Source of the DNA: Octopus bimaculoides
Taxonomy: Eukaryota
Direction of reading: 5' to 3'
Assembly: GCF_001194135.2 (NCBI RefSeq)
Contig: NC_068986.1
Coordinates: 19,047,137-19,091,180, forward strand
Length of the DNA stretch: 44,044 bases
Position numbers and translations under genes: made by a program. The notes below the pieces were generated by a model that searched no databases, was not told the DNA's origin, and was given only the letters and a program-made list of their open reading frames with translations. Below, one piece after another: positions 1 through 11,532 of this stretch (the first letter of the stretch is position 1; each line of letters opens with the position of its first letter).

Positions 1-351
1 GAATACTTGGGCCTCAATGTAACCAACAAAGAGGTTGGCGTAATTGGGCCCCATTCTCGTTCCCATCGCGACCCCAGATTAGTGTTGGTAGGTATCTCCG
101 GCGAACGTGAAGCAGTTGAGGGTGAGGACGAGTTCTGCCAGACGAAGCAGGGTAGGGGTGCTAGGTGTGGGGTCAGGGCGGCGGTCGAAGAAGTATTGGA
201 GGGCTGAGAGACCATCGTTGTGTGGAATCACGGTGTATAGGGATTTGATGTCCAGGGTGAAGAGGAGGTGTGAGGGGCCGGGAGGGAAAGAAAAGGAATT
301 GAAGAGGCGAAGGGCGTGGTTGGTGTCGTGTATGTGGGATGGGACATTCAA
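1..351 (-). mobile_element. Penelope-like element reverse transcriptase fragment (Neptune-type motifs), runs off the window start
   Basis: Minus-strand translation: VPSHIHDTNHALRLF...LFTLDIKSLYTVIPHNDGLSALQYFF...LLRLAELVLTLNCFTFAGDTYQH*SGVAMGTRMGPNYANLFVGYIEAQVF. LDIKSLYT and GVAMGTRMGPxYANLF are PLE RT motifs. One in-frame stop (79-81); visibly more GC-rich than the flank. Confidence 0.92.
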
Positions 352-1510
352 AGAAGTACGCTATGTACACACCTGACACACGGATATTTCTTGATACCGC
401 CTTATTGTATCACTTTTAGTCAATTCTATACTGTAATTAATTTCTTGATTTATGAATATGAAGCAAAGAACAAAATAATGTATTCAACCGTTCGATGTTT
501 ATCTAATTCGTATTGCGTCCTCTATTGCTCTTTTATTCTTCATTTCTCTTTTATTTTCCGGCTTTGCCACTTTTCCTTAGAATATAATACGTAGGCAGTT
601 TATCATAGAATGTTTGGTTAGTAATTACGGTTAATATTTTTCATTCATTTCGGTTTTCTTTTCATTTCAAGATATTTTTCGTAACAAATGAATGTAATGT
701 GTACTTAATATAGTGTTTTGAATTTTAAATGTATGTCTTCGGTGATCAGGTTTTGTACTGCTCTGCATAATTTATAGCTGAATGTTTTAATATGATCTGT
801 GTTAAACATGTTGATATTTCGCAAAATTTTGCTCATTTTAAATCGATTAGTCTAATGCCTTTGTGGTTATAAGTACAACTATTGGAGAAGAAGACTTTGT
901 TTGTATATTCTAAATAAGTGTTAAATGCATTATATACACTAACACAGATGGCCATGATACACCAAGATGTAATGGGGTTGAATTTTGGTATCGAAAAGAT
1001 GGAGACACCGAATCTGCCTATATCTGTTTCCTGTTTTCTATTTCCTGCCTATTCCTGCCTATTGTCTGCCTATATCTGTTTTCGGATTTCCTTTATTACT
1101 CTGTTCGTTCTCACAGTCGACGTAATATAGCTTGGCAGCTCTAACTATATATGTTTGTCTTTTTTTTAAGTACTGTGCTTGAGAATGAAAGCTAGAATAG
1201 TGGTTCTTAGTTCAACCATATGGAAATATGCATGGACGTACGCGCATGTGCGTACCTATGCTGATGCCATGGGCGCGCTTCCACCACTGATGGCACTACT
1301 ACAAGTATCTTAGAATAATACCCACGCAAATATTAAGAACGAAATATTCAGAATAGTCACTACTCATGAATTTATTCAAAACAATTCCAATCACTATTGC
1401 TACAAAAAACAACAGGTCACTTTTAGGTCACTTGACCATGGAAGAACAGTCTATTTCTGTCATACGACTCCCGTCATTTTATGCTTCTTTCTCTTCTTTT
1501 CCTACTCCCG

Positions 1511-1590
1511 CTTCTTCTTCTTCTTCTTCTTCTTCTTCTTCTTCTTCTTCTTCTTCTTCTTCTTCTTCTTCTTNNNNNNNNNNCTTCTTC
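1511..1590. repeat. (TTC)n microsatellite with internal 10-N gap
   Basis: Pure TTC run on both sides of the gap at 1574-1583. Confidence 0.97.
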
Positions 1591-1964
1591 GCCGTCTCCT
1601 TCCTTGGCTACTGTTGCTCCTGCAGCTTAAACAACCACAATATTAACTGTTTCTTCAGATTTTCTACTACCTACCAAGCCTTCACAACAATAAAAGTGAG
1701 AGAGAGGCAGAAAAAAGGAAAATGTCCTACCTATTTCAAGACTATGGAAATATTTTCTATAAAGCATTTCATTTATTTTTTCCTCAATCTAATTGTTTTG
1801 CTTACTTTATTCTAAGTTGAAAAAGTCGAAAAGACTGAAGCCGTTACTAAAATTTACTAAAATTTACTAAAATGTACTTAATGTTAAAAATATTTTAGCA
1901 TTTTCCACCTTGTCTTATTTTCCTTATACATAACAACACGGGTGTTATTTGTAACGTAACCGTC

Positions 1965-2033
1965 TACATACATACATACATACATACATACATACATACA
2001 TACATACATACATACACATATATATGTGTGTGT

Positions 2034-2070
<37 letters not shown>

Positions 2071-2118
2071 CGCGTGTGTCTGTGTTTCTGTGTGTCTGTG
2101 TGTCTGTGTGTCTGTGTG
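1965..2118. repeat. Compound (ACAT)n / (GT)n / (GTGTCT)n microsatellite
   Basis: Read directly. Confidence 0.95.
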
Positions 2119-2129
2119 AAATGTCTCAA

Positions 2130-2300
2130 GTGTAACTGCCCGAAACAGTAAGGACTTCTGGCATAGTTGACTGAGGAAAGAAGGCCACGAATGACCCTTC
2201 TATTTTTGCCTGTCCTTCTAACTGTTGTTGCTCCTGTCTGCATTTGTATCGTCTATCTGTCCGAATATTTTATTGTCTTCTATTGCGTTTTTGTTCCATA
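2130..2300 (+). mobile_element. Dispersed repeat, copy 1 of 2 (probable PLE-derived terminal sequence)
   Basis: Aligns by eye with 39261-39430: gtgtaactgcccgaaacagtaaggacttctgg...gactgaggaaagaagg...ttctaactgttg...tttgtatcgtcta versus gtgtaactacccgaaatggtcgtgacttctgg...gactgatgaaagaaag...ttctaattgttg...tttgtatcgtcta. PLE origin is inference. Confidence 0.6.
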
Positions 2301-3279
2301 TTTTATATGTATATATGTACATATGGCGGCGTACGTACACACTTGGGTTACACCTTATCGTAGGTATGTATCTAAATTTTGTCCGACTCTTAGTTTACCT
2401 ACATAATTTCTCCCCTACCTTTCTCACATTGTTTGGCCTTCTCTTTCTTTAACCCCCCCCCACACTTTTTCTCCCCGTTTATCTCCCCCGTACCTTTCAC
2501 TTTGTCTCTGATTTTCTTTCTAATCCTTATATCTCACTGCCTCCTACCCTCTCTCCTCCTTCCACGTGACCGGTGTCCGGCCAGCGATGATCTTTCTTTC
2601 TTAGGCTGACTGCCGACTGCCAACACCAATTATGTACATCTCCTATCTTCCTATCTTTAGTCTTTCACTTCATACACGCCAGCTCAATTTGATTCGCTCT
2701 CAGTCGAAAGATACCTGTCTTTATATTTTTGTTTGTATTTGTAATTGTGTACTATGCTCTCCGTTTATAACAGACCGTAAGATCGTTGCAACTAGAACAA
2801 AGGGGCCAACATGTATGAAAGAGAACAAATGATAAAGGATAGCGACTGATGTGAGGTAACGAAGGTGTATTTTTGTAGCGAGTGTCACAAAACACGTTGG
2901 GTTAAACGAAAACAGGCAACGATAAATGAAGTCTTCGCACATACACATACACAGATATATGCATTTGTGTGAGTATGTGTGTGTGTGTGAGTGTGTTTGC
3001 GTGTGTGTGTGTGTGTCAATATGTAGAATAATATTACAGTTTGTGTTAAAGTAATTATGATTGTAGAATTACAGAACTTAATGGAAACATATGCATTTAA
3101 ATTAACAGAATGGTTTGCAAGTTTATACTTTTGGTGAAAACAAATCAATGTATATTGTTCTGACAATATAAATGTATATTTGTAACTTATCAGGTATCGA
3201 AACCATATTTAGCTCAAAATCTGACATAAATTTTTAATATCTAAATGCGGTGTATTTACATGTAAAATTTATAATGCTG

Positions 3280-3291
<12 letters not shown>

Positions 3292-3311
<20 letters not shown>

Positions 3312-4146
3312 TGTGTGCGTGTGTGCGTAATGTGTCTCTGTGTGTATATATACACACACACGCAAATATATACATATATGTGTGTTGGTATTTGTGTTGG
3401 TGTGTGTGTGNNNNNNNNNNNNNNNNNNNNNNNNNNNNNNNNNNNNNNNNNNNNNNNNNNNNNNNNNNNNNNNNNNNNNNNNNNNNNNNNNNNNNNNNNN
3501 NNNNNNNNNNNNNNNNNNNNNNNNNNNNNNNNNNNNNNNNNNNNNNNNNNNNNNNNNNNNNNNNNNNNNNNNNNNNNNNNNNNNNNNNNNNNNNNNNNNN
3601 NNNNNNNNNNNNNNNNNNNNNNNNNNNNNNNNNNNNNNNNNNNNNNNNNNNNNNNNNNNNNNNNNNNNNNNNNNATAAAAAAATCTTGCAAACAAACACT
3701 CGAGTAGGTAGACAGTGATTATGCGTGTGTGTATATGGTAATGTGTTACTTAAATATTCATGTCTGAAAATCCATCGAGGTGTGTGTGTGTTTGTGTGTG
3801 TCTCGGTGTGTGTGTGTGTGTGTGTCTGTGCGTGTGTGCGTGTGTGTGTGTGTGTGTGTGCGTGTGTGTGTGTCTGTGTCTGTGTCTGTGTGTTTGCGTC
3901 TGTGTCTGTGTCTATGTATGCGTATATATATTCGTAGACACAGACATCTTGATAGAAGTATGTTTATACAGACCTGTGTATAAGACAGAACGCGTGCAGG
4001 TGTCTTTTCATTTATCTTATGCATATGTGTATATATATATATATATATGTGTGCGTGTGTGCGTAATGTGTCTCTGTGTGTATATATACACACACACGCA
4101 AATATATACATATATGTGTGTTGGTATTTGTGTTGGTGTGTGTGTG
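3292..4146. repeat. 119-bp exact direct duplication (3292-3410 = 4028-4146), first copy ending at an N-gap
   Basis: Both copies read tgt(at)9gtgtgcgtgtgtgcgtaatgtgtctctg...ttggtatttgtgttggtgtgtgtgtg. Confidence 0.9.
3779..3915. repeat. Complex (GT)n microsatellite
   Basis: Read directly. Confidence 0.95.
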
Positions 4147-5240
4147 ATTATACATACCGAAATGTGTGTTTCTGATGTTTGCGAGTATCTTTTTCTGACT
4201 ATAATATATTAATATAACATTCATTAAAACAGACAAACAGAACCAAGGAAATCTGAAATACGAAATATAACAACAATATTTAGCAACAATTCATGATATT
4301 GTCTTGTCTCGATGAATCATGGTGCAGACAGAAAACATATGTGCGCAGATTTCTTACTTAAGAAATTTCTTTGTAACTATAAAACGAAGTTTTATAATTT
4401 GATATTTCTTTTTATCTATGTTGTAGTCTAGCTCCTTCTATGATTGGGCATGCAACTTCTGCTATTAAAGGCTTTCCATTCATGACACTCGAAATCTTTC
4501 AATTGGGTTATTTGTATGATTGTATTATCTAGTTATTTAATTTGGTTTTAAAATTCCTCCATTTTGTCACTGGAGGGTCGTACTACCAATACAGAATACT
4601 AATAATAATAAAGTACCACGCGCTGGTTGTTTATCAGTTCTTTATTATTTATTTGTGATTTCTTAACGATCTATTCCATTAAACATAATCAATAGTTTAG
4701 TTTGATTAATCGTCCGCTCAGCCAATCAATGAAATTAGTTCTGTCAAGTCTTTTCGTCGCTGTTCGTGACCTTGTTATTAATACGAAAGCATATCAATAA
4801 TTCGATTAGGATAAACTTAACATATTGCCAGAATGATTTCTTGCACGGTTTTTCCTTAATTTTGCGATTTAAACCAGTGCGTGTGTTCATCATTGGCATA
4901 ATGACCGTATCCAGATGCGACAATATTGTATTCTAGAAAAATTGATTTTCTCAAAAAAATCAGTTGATTCTAATGCAAAATAGATTTAATTGTTGAGCAC
5001 GACTTTCTATGAGATGTAAAATTGATTCGAATAAATATAGACAGCTGGTACACATCCGGTAATTTTGAGTAAATCATCGCTGGCCTAAAACGTCTTGTCT
5101 ATACTGCAGTAAACGTACATTAGAGGAAATTAAGTACGAGATGTGGCCCCACAGAATGCATACTAAAATATTGATAACCGACCAAAAATTTTCAGTACTT
5201 TTATTAACTGATGAATACTCGTTAAAACAATTTTCCATTC

Positions 5241-5400
5241 ATTATTTAAACTATTTACATTATTTACGTTCGACGGATATTTGTCCGCATCATGTTCGTT
5301 GTTGACACAAGATTTCGGATGATGTACCCTCCAGCCTTCATCAGGTGTCTTGAGGAAATTTCGAAACTGGATTCTCATTCGTCAAGTATTTTTCGATGGT
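5241..5400 (-). mobile_element. Hammerhead-bearing repeat body (PLE terminal-repeat-like) with an (AATGTAAAT)-type tail
   Basis: Minus strand: catcgaaaaatacttgacgaatgagaatccagtttcgaaatttcctcaa-[hammerhead]-aacaacgaacatgatgcggacaaatatccgtcgaacgtaaataatgtaaatagtttaaataat. The last 34 nt match 41844-41877 (+) at 29/34. Confidence 0.75.
5304..5349 (-). ncRNA. Minimal type I hammerhead ribozyme motif (degenerate copy)
   Basis: GACAC-CUGAUGA-A-GGCUG(gagggtacat)CAUCC-GAAA-UC-UU-GUGUC: perfect 5-bp stem I, canonical core boxes, stem II 4/5 paired. The mini stem III reads UC where CG (palindromic AACGUU) is expected, so this copy may be inactive. Confidence 0.75.
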
Positions 5401-5403
5401 ATT

Positions 5404-5505
5404 ATGCCCGTGAGCATATGGTGTAGTGTTTAAGAGCGCGGGCTACTAACCCCAAGATTCCGAGTTCGCTTCCAAGCAGTGACCTGAACAACAACAACAA
5501 TAATA
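5404..5505 (+). mobile_element. tRNA-derived SINE head with (AAC/AAT)n tail
   Basis: A-box-like TGGTGTAGTGTT (5419-5430), B-box-like GAGTTCGCTTCC (5462-5473). AGAGCGCGGGCTACTAACCCCAAGATTCCGAGTTCG resembles the D-arm to T-arm layout of tRNA-Ile(AAT); no acceptor stem. Confidence 0.75.
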
Positions 5506-7086
5506 TTAATCTTTCTTTGTGGTTGGGTCATTGATGAACACTTTCTAGCATATTGTATGTACACTTAGTGGTCATCCCTTCTTATACATATGTAATACAA
5601 TTTTTCTGAATTATCAGAATTTTTATATGCTAGGCTACTGGTTTTAAATTGATGTTAATTAAATTAATATTCAATTTATCATCCTCAGTATATAAATATT
5701 TATTTAAATAATTATTTCTCTAGCCGGCAACACATACTGCAGGGAATTATACTCTGCAGAACTGTTTCCGGAATTTAGTGCACCAGAGCTGAGACATTTG
5801 AAAATAACCCCAATGTAATCGGTAGAACTGTACGCACGTCAAATTTTATGAAGACAATTCGTGTATAGTTATGCAAATTATATTGAATTTAGAACGATTG
5901 TATTGATGAACGACGGACGTTTTTACCTAAGTAAAAAAAAGGTTGATGGGGAAACCAGTATACTATTAATTCTTTATTTTGTATATTTTTCTTTTGTCTT
6001 GCCCGCTTATGTTCTGGTGCTTGCTGATTTTTTTTTTCTGGAGAACAATATTTTTTCTTTGTGGTTGGGTCGTTGATGACCTCTTTCTAGCATATCNNNN
6101 NNNNNNNNNNNNNNNNNNNNNNNNNNNNNNNNNNNNNNNNNNNNNNNNNNNNNNNNNNNNNNNNNNNNNNNNNNNNNNNNNNNNNNNNNNNNNNNNNNNN
6201 NNNNNNNNNNNNNNNNNNNNNNNNNNNNNNNNNNNNNNNNNNNNNNNNNNNNNNNNNNNNNNNNNNNNNNNNNNNNNNNNNNNNNNNNNNNNNNNNNNNN
6301 NNNNNNNNNNNNNNNNNNNNNNNNNNNNNNNNNNNNNNNNNNNNNNNNNNNNNNNNNNNNNNNNNNNNNNNNNNNNNNNNNNNNNNNNNNNNNNNNNNNN
6401 NNNNNNNNNNNNNNNNNNNNNNNNNNNNNNNNNNNNNNNNNNNNNNNNNNNNNNNNNNNNNNNNNNNNNNNNACATATACTGGAGATACTAAAATTTACT
6501 ATATATATAATATATTCAATGTATACTAGAGGGCTGCCTGTATTTCTAATATTTATTCACCTTCGGTTACCTAAATCTAGTTGACATAAAGATCACAAAT
6601 GTTATATATATATATGTGTTTTTCGTTGAAGAGGCTTAATATATTTTACTGATGGTAAAATAAAGGCTCCCTTTATATCTCCTTCCTTTTATTGTATTAT
6701 GGAAATATGTTCAATTTCTATCATTCATACTATCGGGCTTAAAGTTGTAAACGGATACAATTTCATATTTAAGTTAAAAGGTTTTGCATTTAACTGAAGG
6801 AATGGAAATCTGAAGCATATAAAACTAAATGCGAAAAGAATATAATTCCGGGAAGTACAATATGCAAATCTACAAATAAGTCAGTCACAATGAAACTCTT
6901 CTGATATTTTATCATCAAATAATGTTCTTACATAGATCACTCACTGATTTCGCGAGAACAGTAAATCCCTAGGCTAATCACACAAGTATTCATGGAAGAT
7001 TTTCAGCATTCTCAGATTTCAAAATTTTGAACCAGCTTCGAGTTTTATGCATCTACAGATCACAGGAGAGATAGTATTCTTTTTAA

Positions 7087-7295
7087 TTTTGGTACAAGGC
7101 CAGCAATTTTGAGAGTAGTGCGTGACTCAATTACATCGACCCTATAGCTTGACTAGTAATTTGTTTTATCCATTCCGAAAGAACAGAAAACAGTGCTGAC
7201 TTCGGCGGAATGTGAATTAAGTACGTAAAACGCCGGAAGAAATGTCACTAAATATTTTTTTCGGTGTGCAAGCGATTCTGCCAGCGCGCTTCCTT
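7087..7295 (-). mobile_element. tRNA-derived SINE with Nin-like central domain (decayed)
   Basis: Minus strand: aaggaagcgcgctggcagaatcg (A box)...ttaattcacattccgccgaagtc (B-box region)...ttctttcggaatggataaaac...gggtcgatgtaattgag...aaaattgctggccttgtacc; matches a common cephalopod SINE layout from recall. Confidence 0.7.
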
Positions 7296-10200
7296 AACAA
7301 TATACATAATACTAGTTTTTAATTATTGCACAAGCTCGTTTCCTTAACAATATACATGACATCAATCTAAAAAAGAATGCAATAATGACAATTTATTTTA
7401 ACATCTGCTTCCATACAGCTTCTCAAAGGAAACATTGCAAGATGAAAGAAGTCTAACTTCTCAGTTTGATTTAAACTTATCAGAAACAGCAGGTAACTAA
7501 CGCGTAAACCGCGTGCAAAGGCTTTAAGATAAGGTGAAATAAACATGGCTTGAATGCTTCCGATGAGAATTCAGCTCAATCAGTGGCCAACGTAAAGCAA
7601 ACTGCAAAACGATACGCTTAAATTTCAATAGATTCAAGTTTATATATATTCACACTTTATACAAATTTAGTGTTTTGTATAGAGTTTCTATTTAGAGATT
7701 TATGAGGCGGTGGGGAGCTGGGATTCGAATCGGAAAGTGAGAGTTTACAATGGAATGACAAAAAATATGCTCATTAGAAAAGTAGGCACTTTCAGACTAC
7801 ATATAGGTATATAATATATGCTAATGCAACGTTATGGTATGTGCAGCAGAAATTTATAAAGAGGGAAATGATCATGTTTATATCCTGTAATTGGGAGCAT
7901 GAAGTTTACGGTTAACCCATAAATATTGTGGATATAGTTTACACTAGCGATTCTATTGAGGCTTCCACATATTTGATTGACTGACCCGCCGTTTTACAGA
8001 CGATAACGCAACCTATCTCAGAGACGTTAGCAGTCCCGAGAGCCATTGTCTTGTAAATTAGTAAAGCTGGCTCCAGTTGTTACCTCTTCACATATAAGCT
8101 TACTACAATATACTGGCGTACTATACATCTGGAACAAATGTTTCGTTTCTCATCGGCTTCACCTCATGGACTACAATTCAGAAAATGTCGATGTAATTAT
8201 GCTCTGCTTCTAGTGATTCGGATAGTATTCAAAGATATTTTACCCAATAAGAATCAATATATTTAGCTGAAGGCACGCAGATGCAAGTGAAATATTATAT
8301 TTCCCAATGGTAAGCAGTGACAATATTGGTAAATTTAAAAGTGATTGTTTCATTTGCCTCCGGTGTAGAGGTCAATTCAGGGAATTTTGAAAGTTACTCA
8401 TGCTTTGCAAGTGTCAAATCCATGAAGGAAATCGTGTCTCTTCTGCATTACTTAACACCACGATATACAATACAGAGAAAACTATTTTTCACTGGTGTGA
8501 TTTTTCTAAGTATGTCTAGTGATTCCGTAATATCTGACACTAATAATATAATTACACTTTTCGCAAATCAATGTGTGTTAAACTAAATTTTAACGATAAC
8601 TGTAATAAATGTTATGGTGAGTGTTCGTTGCACTTGTTTCCTCAACAGGGGTGAATTGTTCGCCCCAAATAATCTCCATTGGTGAATGGAAACAACCTTG
8701 CAAATTTAGGTTCCTTTGCAGCAATTCTTTACGTAAAATTTTATATGAAAGGAAAATTGCAGTATTATCATTTCAGCAATAACATAGTATATAAACTCAT
8801 CTACGTTTCTCATTAAATATTTTAAATAGTATGCTTGGAATATATATGCGGAAATAAAGGAAAATTCTAATTTAAATACAGTAATACAATAAGCAATTAT
8901 GATAATTACTTACGTAAATAATCAATATATATATTTTTTGTAATAGTTAATTACTGAAAAGTAACTTAATTTCCAGTATGATTAACTATACGAGCTATCG
9001 CAATGGAACACCTGAAAAGACTAAATTAAAATACTGAATAAATTTCACACAGAGTCCAGAGGTAGTTAAGTGCTCAAGAATATTGTTTGCGTATTATGTT
9101 TATGTATATATGTATGTTTCTAATATATAAGTAAGTTCTAGAAGTTTCTCAAAATGATTATTCACTTTTTCAATACAATTAAAATCACCCTGATTAACCA
9201 ATGTCTTTATTCGCATTTACTGATCTGCTGTATTGTCACTAGCAGCTTTACATACCTTAGCAGCACTGAATGAAGGCTCGTCAACGTCAAGAATGCACTC
9301 AATATCAGATTTGGCAAACACAGTAGCATGTATTATAGCAGCTTAAACAACTTCTATGAGATGCGGTATTTCAACCATAAAACCTGTTAAATGGACAAAA
9401 CGGCCATCCCTTTTTCTAGACATAGGCTTAACAAAATATAAAATGTGTGTTAATTTCTGATTGTATATTGGATGCAATGATATATTGACAACATTACATC
9501 GGAAACGGACCCTTTACGAAGGTTTATTTTTTAATATACATTAACTTCGTTGTTATTCTATATTTTCTTAGATTGCTCAGTCGTAGTCTTCATACAATAA
9601 TTTATACAACGTTGTGAAAGTCTCATTTCTTTATATTTATTGGGTTGTGAGATAAATTCGTTCGTTCTTTCATTTATTTATATATTTTTTTATCGTTTCC
9701 ATTGTTATTTTAATTTAAGCGAAAAATATTTTAATCGTTGTGTTTTTTGGTTTCTAGTTCTATTTTTCATCTACAGCTGATAATGGTTTTTGAAACCGGA
9801 ATACATTTTACTTGTTTTCAGACATGACGATGGAGTGCCAAATAGATAAAAGCGAATGTATTTATCTGACAAACAAATATATCAATAACATCTTGGTAAT
9901 TTTTGATACGTATTTACTATATCTTGTATGTTTATTTTTTTTTCAACCCTTAATAGACAATCTTTATACATAAACCCATCCATTTAAGACATGTCAGTAA
10001 AGGAATAAATAATAAATGATTTTTAGCTTGCTTTTATTAATTCATGTCTCGTAATATTAAATGCCTTTCAACGAAATAACTAAACTGTAATCCATAGCAA
10101 CGAAAGATTATAATGAGTAATATTAATAAAATCATATATGCCTTCAATATTCAAGTATGTCAATACAATTATCGGTGATTTGATAGCGCTCACCAAAAAG

Positions 10201-10764
10201 ACTGTCGTTTTCCATATACAACATTCCACTTATTTGTATTTCATATATTTTTCGCAAGTGCACACGCAAACCAATTGTAATTGTAGACATAGCAAACTTA
10301 CCAAATGTTTGAGCTGATGTCCTTCCATTCGATAAGTCAAAATAAAGAATTTGTTTCACTAATATGTTCAAGGAAGTAAGTCTCTGTGTGATGTAATTTA
10401 CCGCTAGTTAAATATTAGCACTTGGCCATTAGATAACATTATGTGAGTCGATTCTACTTTAAAAAATCGAATCAAGTGTCCTATTTAAAAGGAAATTCCG
10501 CCCTTCATCGTGCATGTCTCAAAATATAATTTGCGTTTCAGTTGCTACACTTACAGAACTACATCAAGTTAAAGAAAGTATTTGTTACCCTTTCGATAAA
10601 ATATATCTGATGCCCACCAAATATATTAAGCACAAAATCTGCAACGATACGGATTGAAAAAGGATAGACGAGAGCAAGGATATATAATCATTGGTTGAAA
10701 CATCAGCTTGGAATGAGGAAAAGTGGAATTATTTAACTATGTATGTATCTATCTATATACACAG

Positions 10765-10768
<4 letters not shown>

Positions 10769-10819
<51 letters not shown>
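10769..10819. repeat. (AC)n microsatellite running into a gap
   Basis: Read directly. Confidence 0.97.
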
Positions 10820-11047
10820 NNNNNNNNNNNNNNNNNNNNNNNNNNNNNNNNNNNNNNNNNNNNNNNNNNNNNNNNNNNNNNNNNNNNNNNNNNNNNNNNN
10901 NNNNNNNNNNNNNNNNNNNNNNNNNNNNNNNNNNNNNNNNNNNNNNTGTTAATACTTCATTTAGAGAATTAACATTGCTATATATATATATATATATATA
11001 TAGGGTTATACATATATATATATATATATATATAACCCTTCTGTCCG

Positions 11048-11250
11048 ATATTCACCATGATAGATCGCTAACCACTACACAGATGTTTTCTCTCCTTGTT
11101 TCTTTCTGTGCTCCTTTCTGTGGAAGAGCGTGGGCTCGAAACGTTAAAAACTTTTTTTTCAATTCCCCAGCGTTATACTAATACATCTCTTTATTTTCTA
11201 CACCACCTGTCTTCGCCTCTTTTTTTGTGAATTATGTATATATATAAGAT
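11048..11250 (+). mobile_element. Short hammerhead-like repeat, family B copy 1
   Basis: Aligns with 30064-30240 (-): cctttctgtggaagagcgt...ctcgaaacgt...aaa.actt...agcgt.a.actaa...caccTGTCTT.g.c..tt. Ends in (TA)n. Confidence 0.75.
11115..11148 (+). ncRNA. Minimal type I hammerhead-like motif with variant core CUGUGGA
   Basis: UUU-CUGUGGA-A-GAGC(GUGG)GCUC-GAAA-CG-UU-AAA: 4-bp stem II, palindromic AACGUU at stem III, 3-bp stem I; conserved A6 replaced by U. Confidence 0.6.
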
Positions 11251-11532
11251 CCAGAGATCGAGGTGCACAAAGAAAGTCAATATCGAGCAATCCGTAGTAA
11301 ATATAAAAAGAACAACTTTCATGGACAATAATTGTTTGTAAAGACGGAAGGTTTTGGTTATTTTCGTATCGAAGTACGAGAAATTGAAAAACAAGTTGTT
11401 TGTTTTTTATATGGTGCACGGTAGGCGACCAGGGTTGCCGGGTTTGTGAATAAGAATGCAAGTGTTTAAAGGAATAGAGTAAATAAGATCCGGGCTATAT
11501 AGTTTACATTGTGAGCGGAACCTCGGAAATGT

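Noticed and set aside
918-1130. ORF containing GLNFGIEK, like Dong RT GMxFGLEKC, and a short TCTGCCTAT-type repeat
   Set aside because: Single short motif without flanking homology; the repeat is local slippage.
5414-5480. Possible tRNA gene
   Set aside because: No paired acceptor stem, altered B box, and a simple-repeat tail; better explained as a SINE head.
8648-8666. GC-rich hairpin GGGGTGAA-TTG-TTCGCCCC; also an 18-bp near-palindrome at 1238-1255
   Set aside because: No CTRR end at Helitron spacing and no other context; short hairpins arise by chance.
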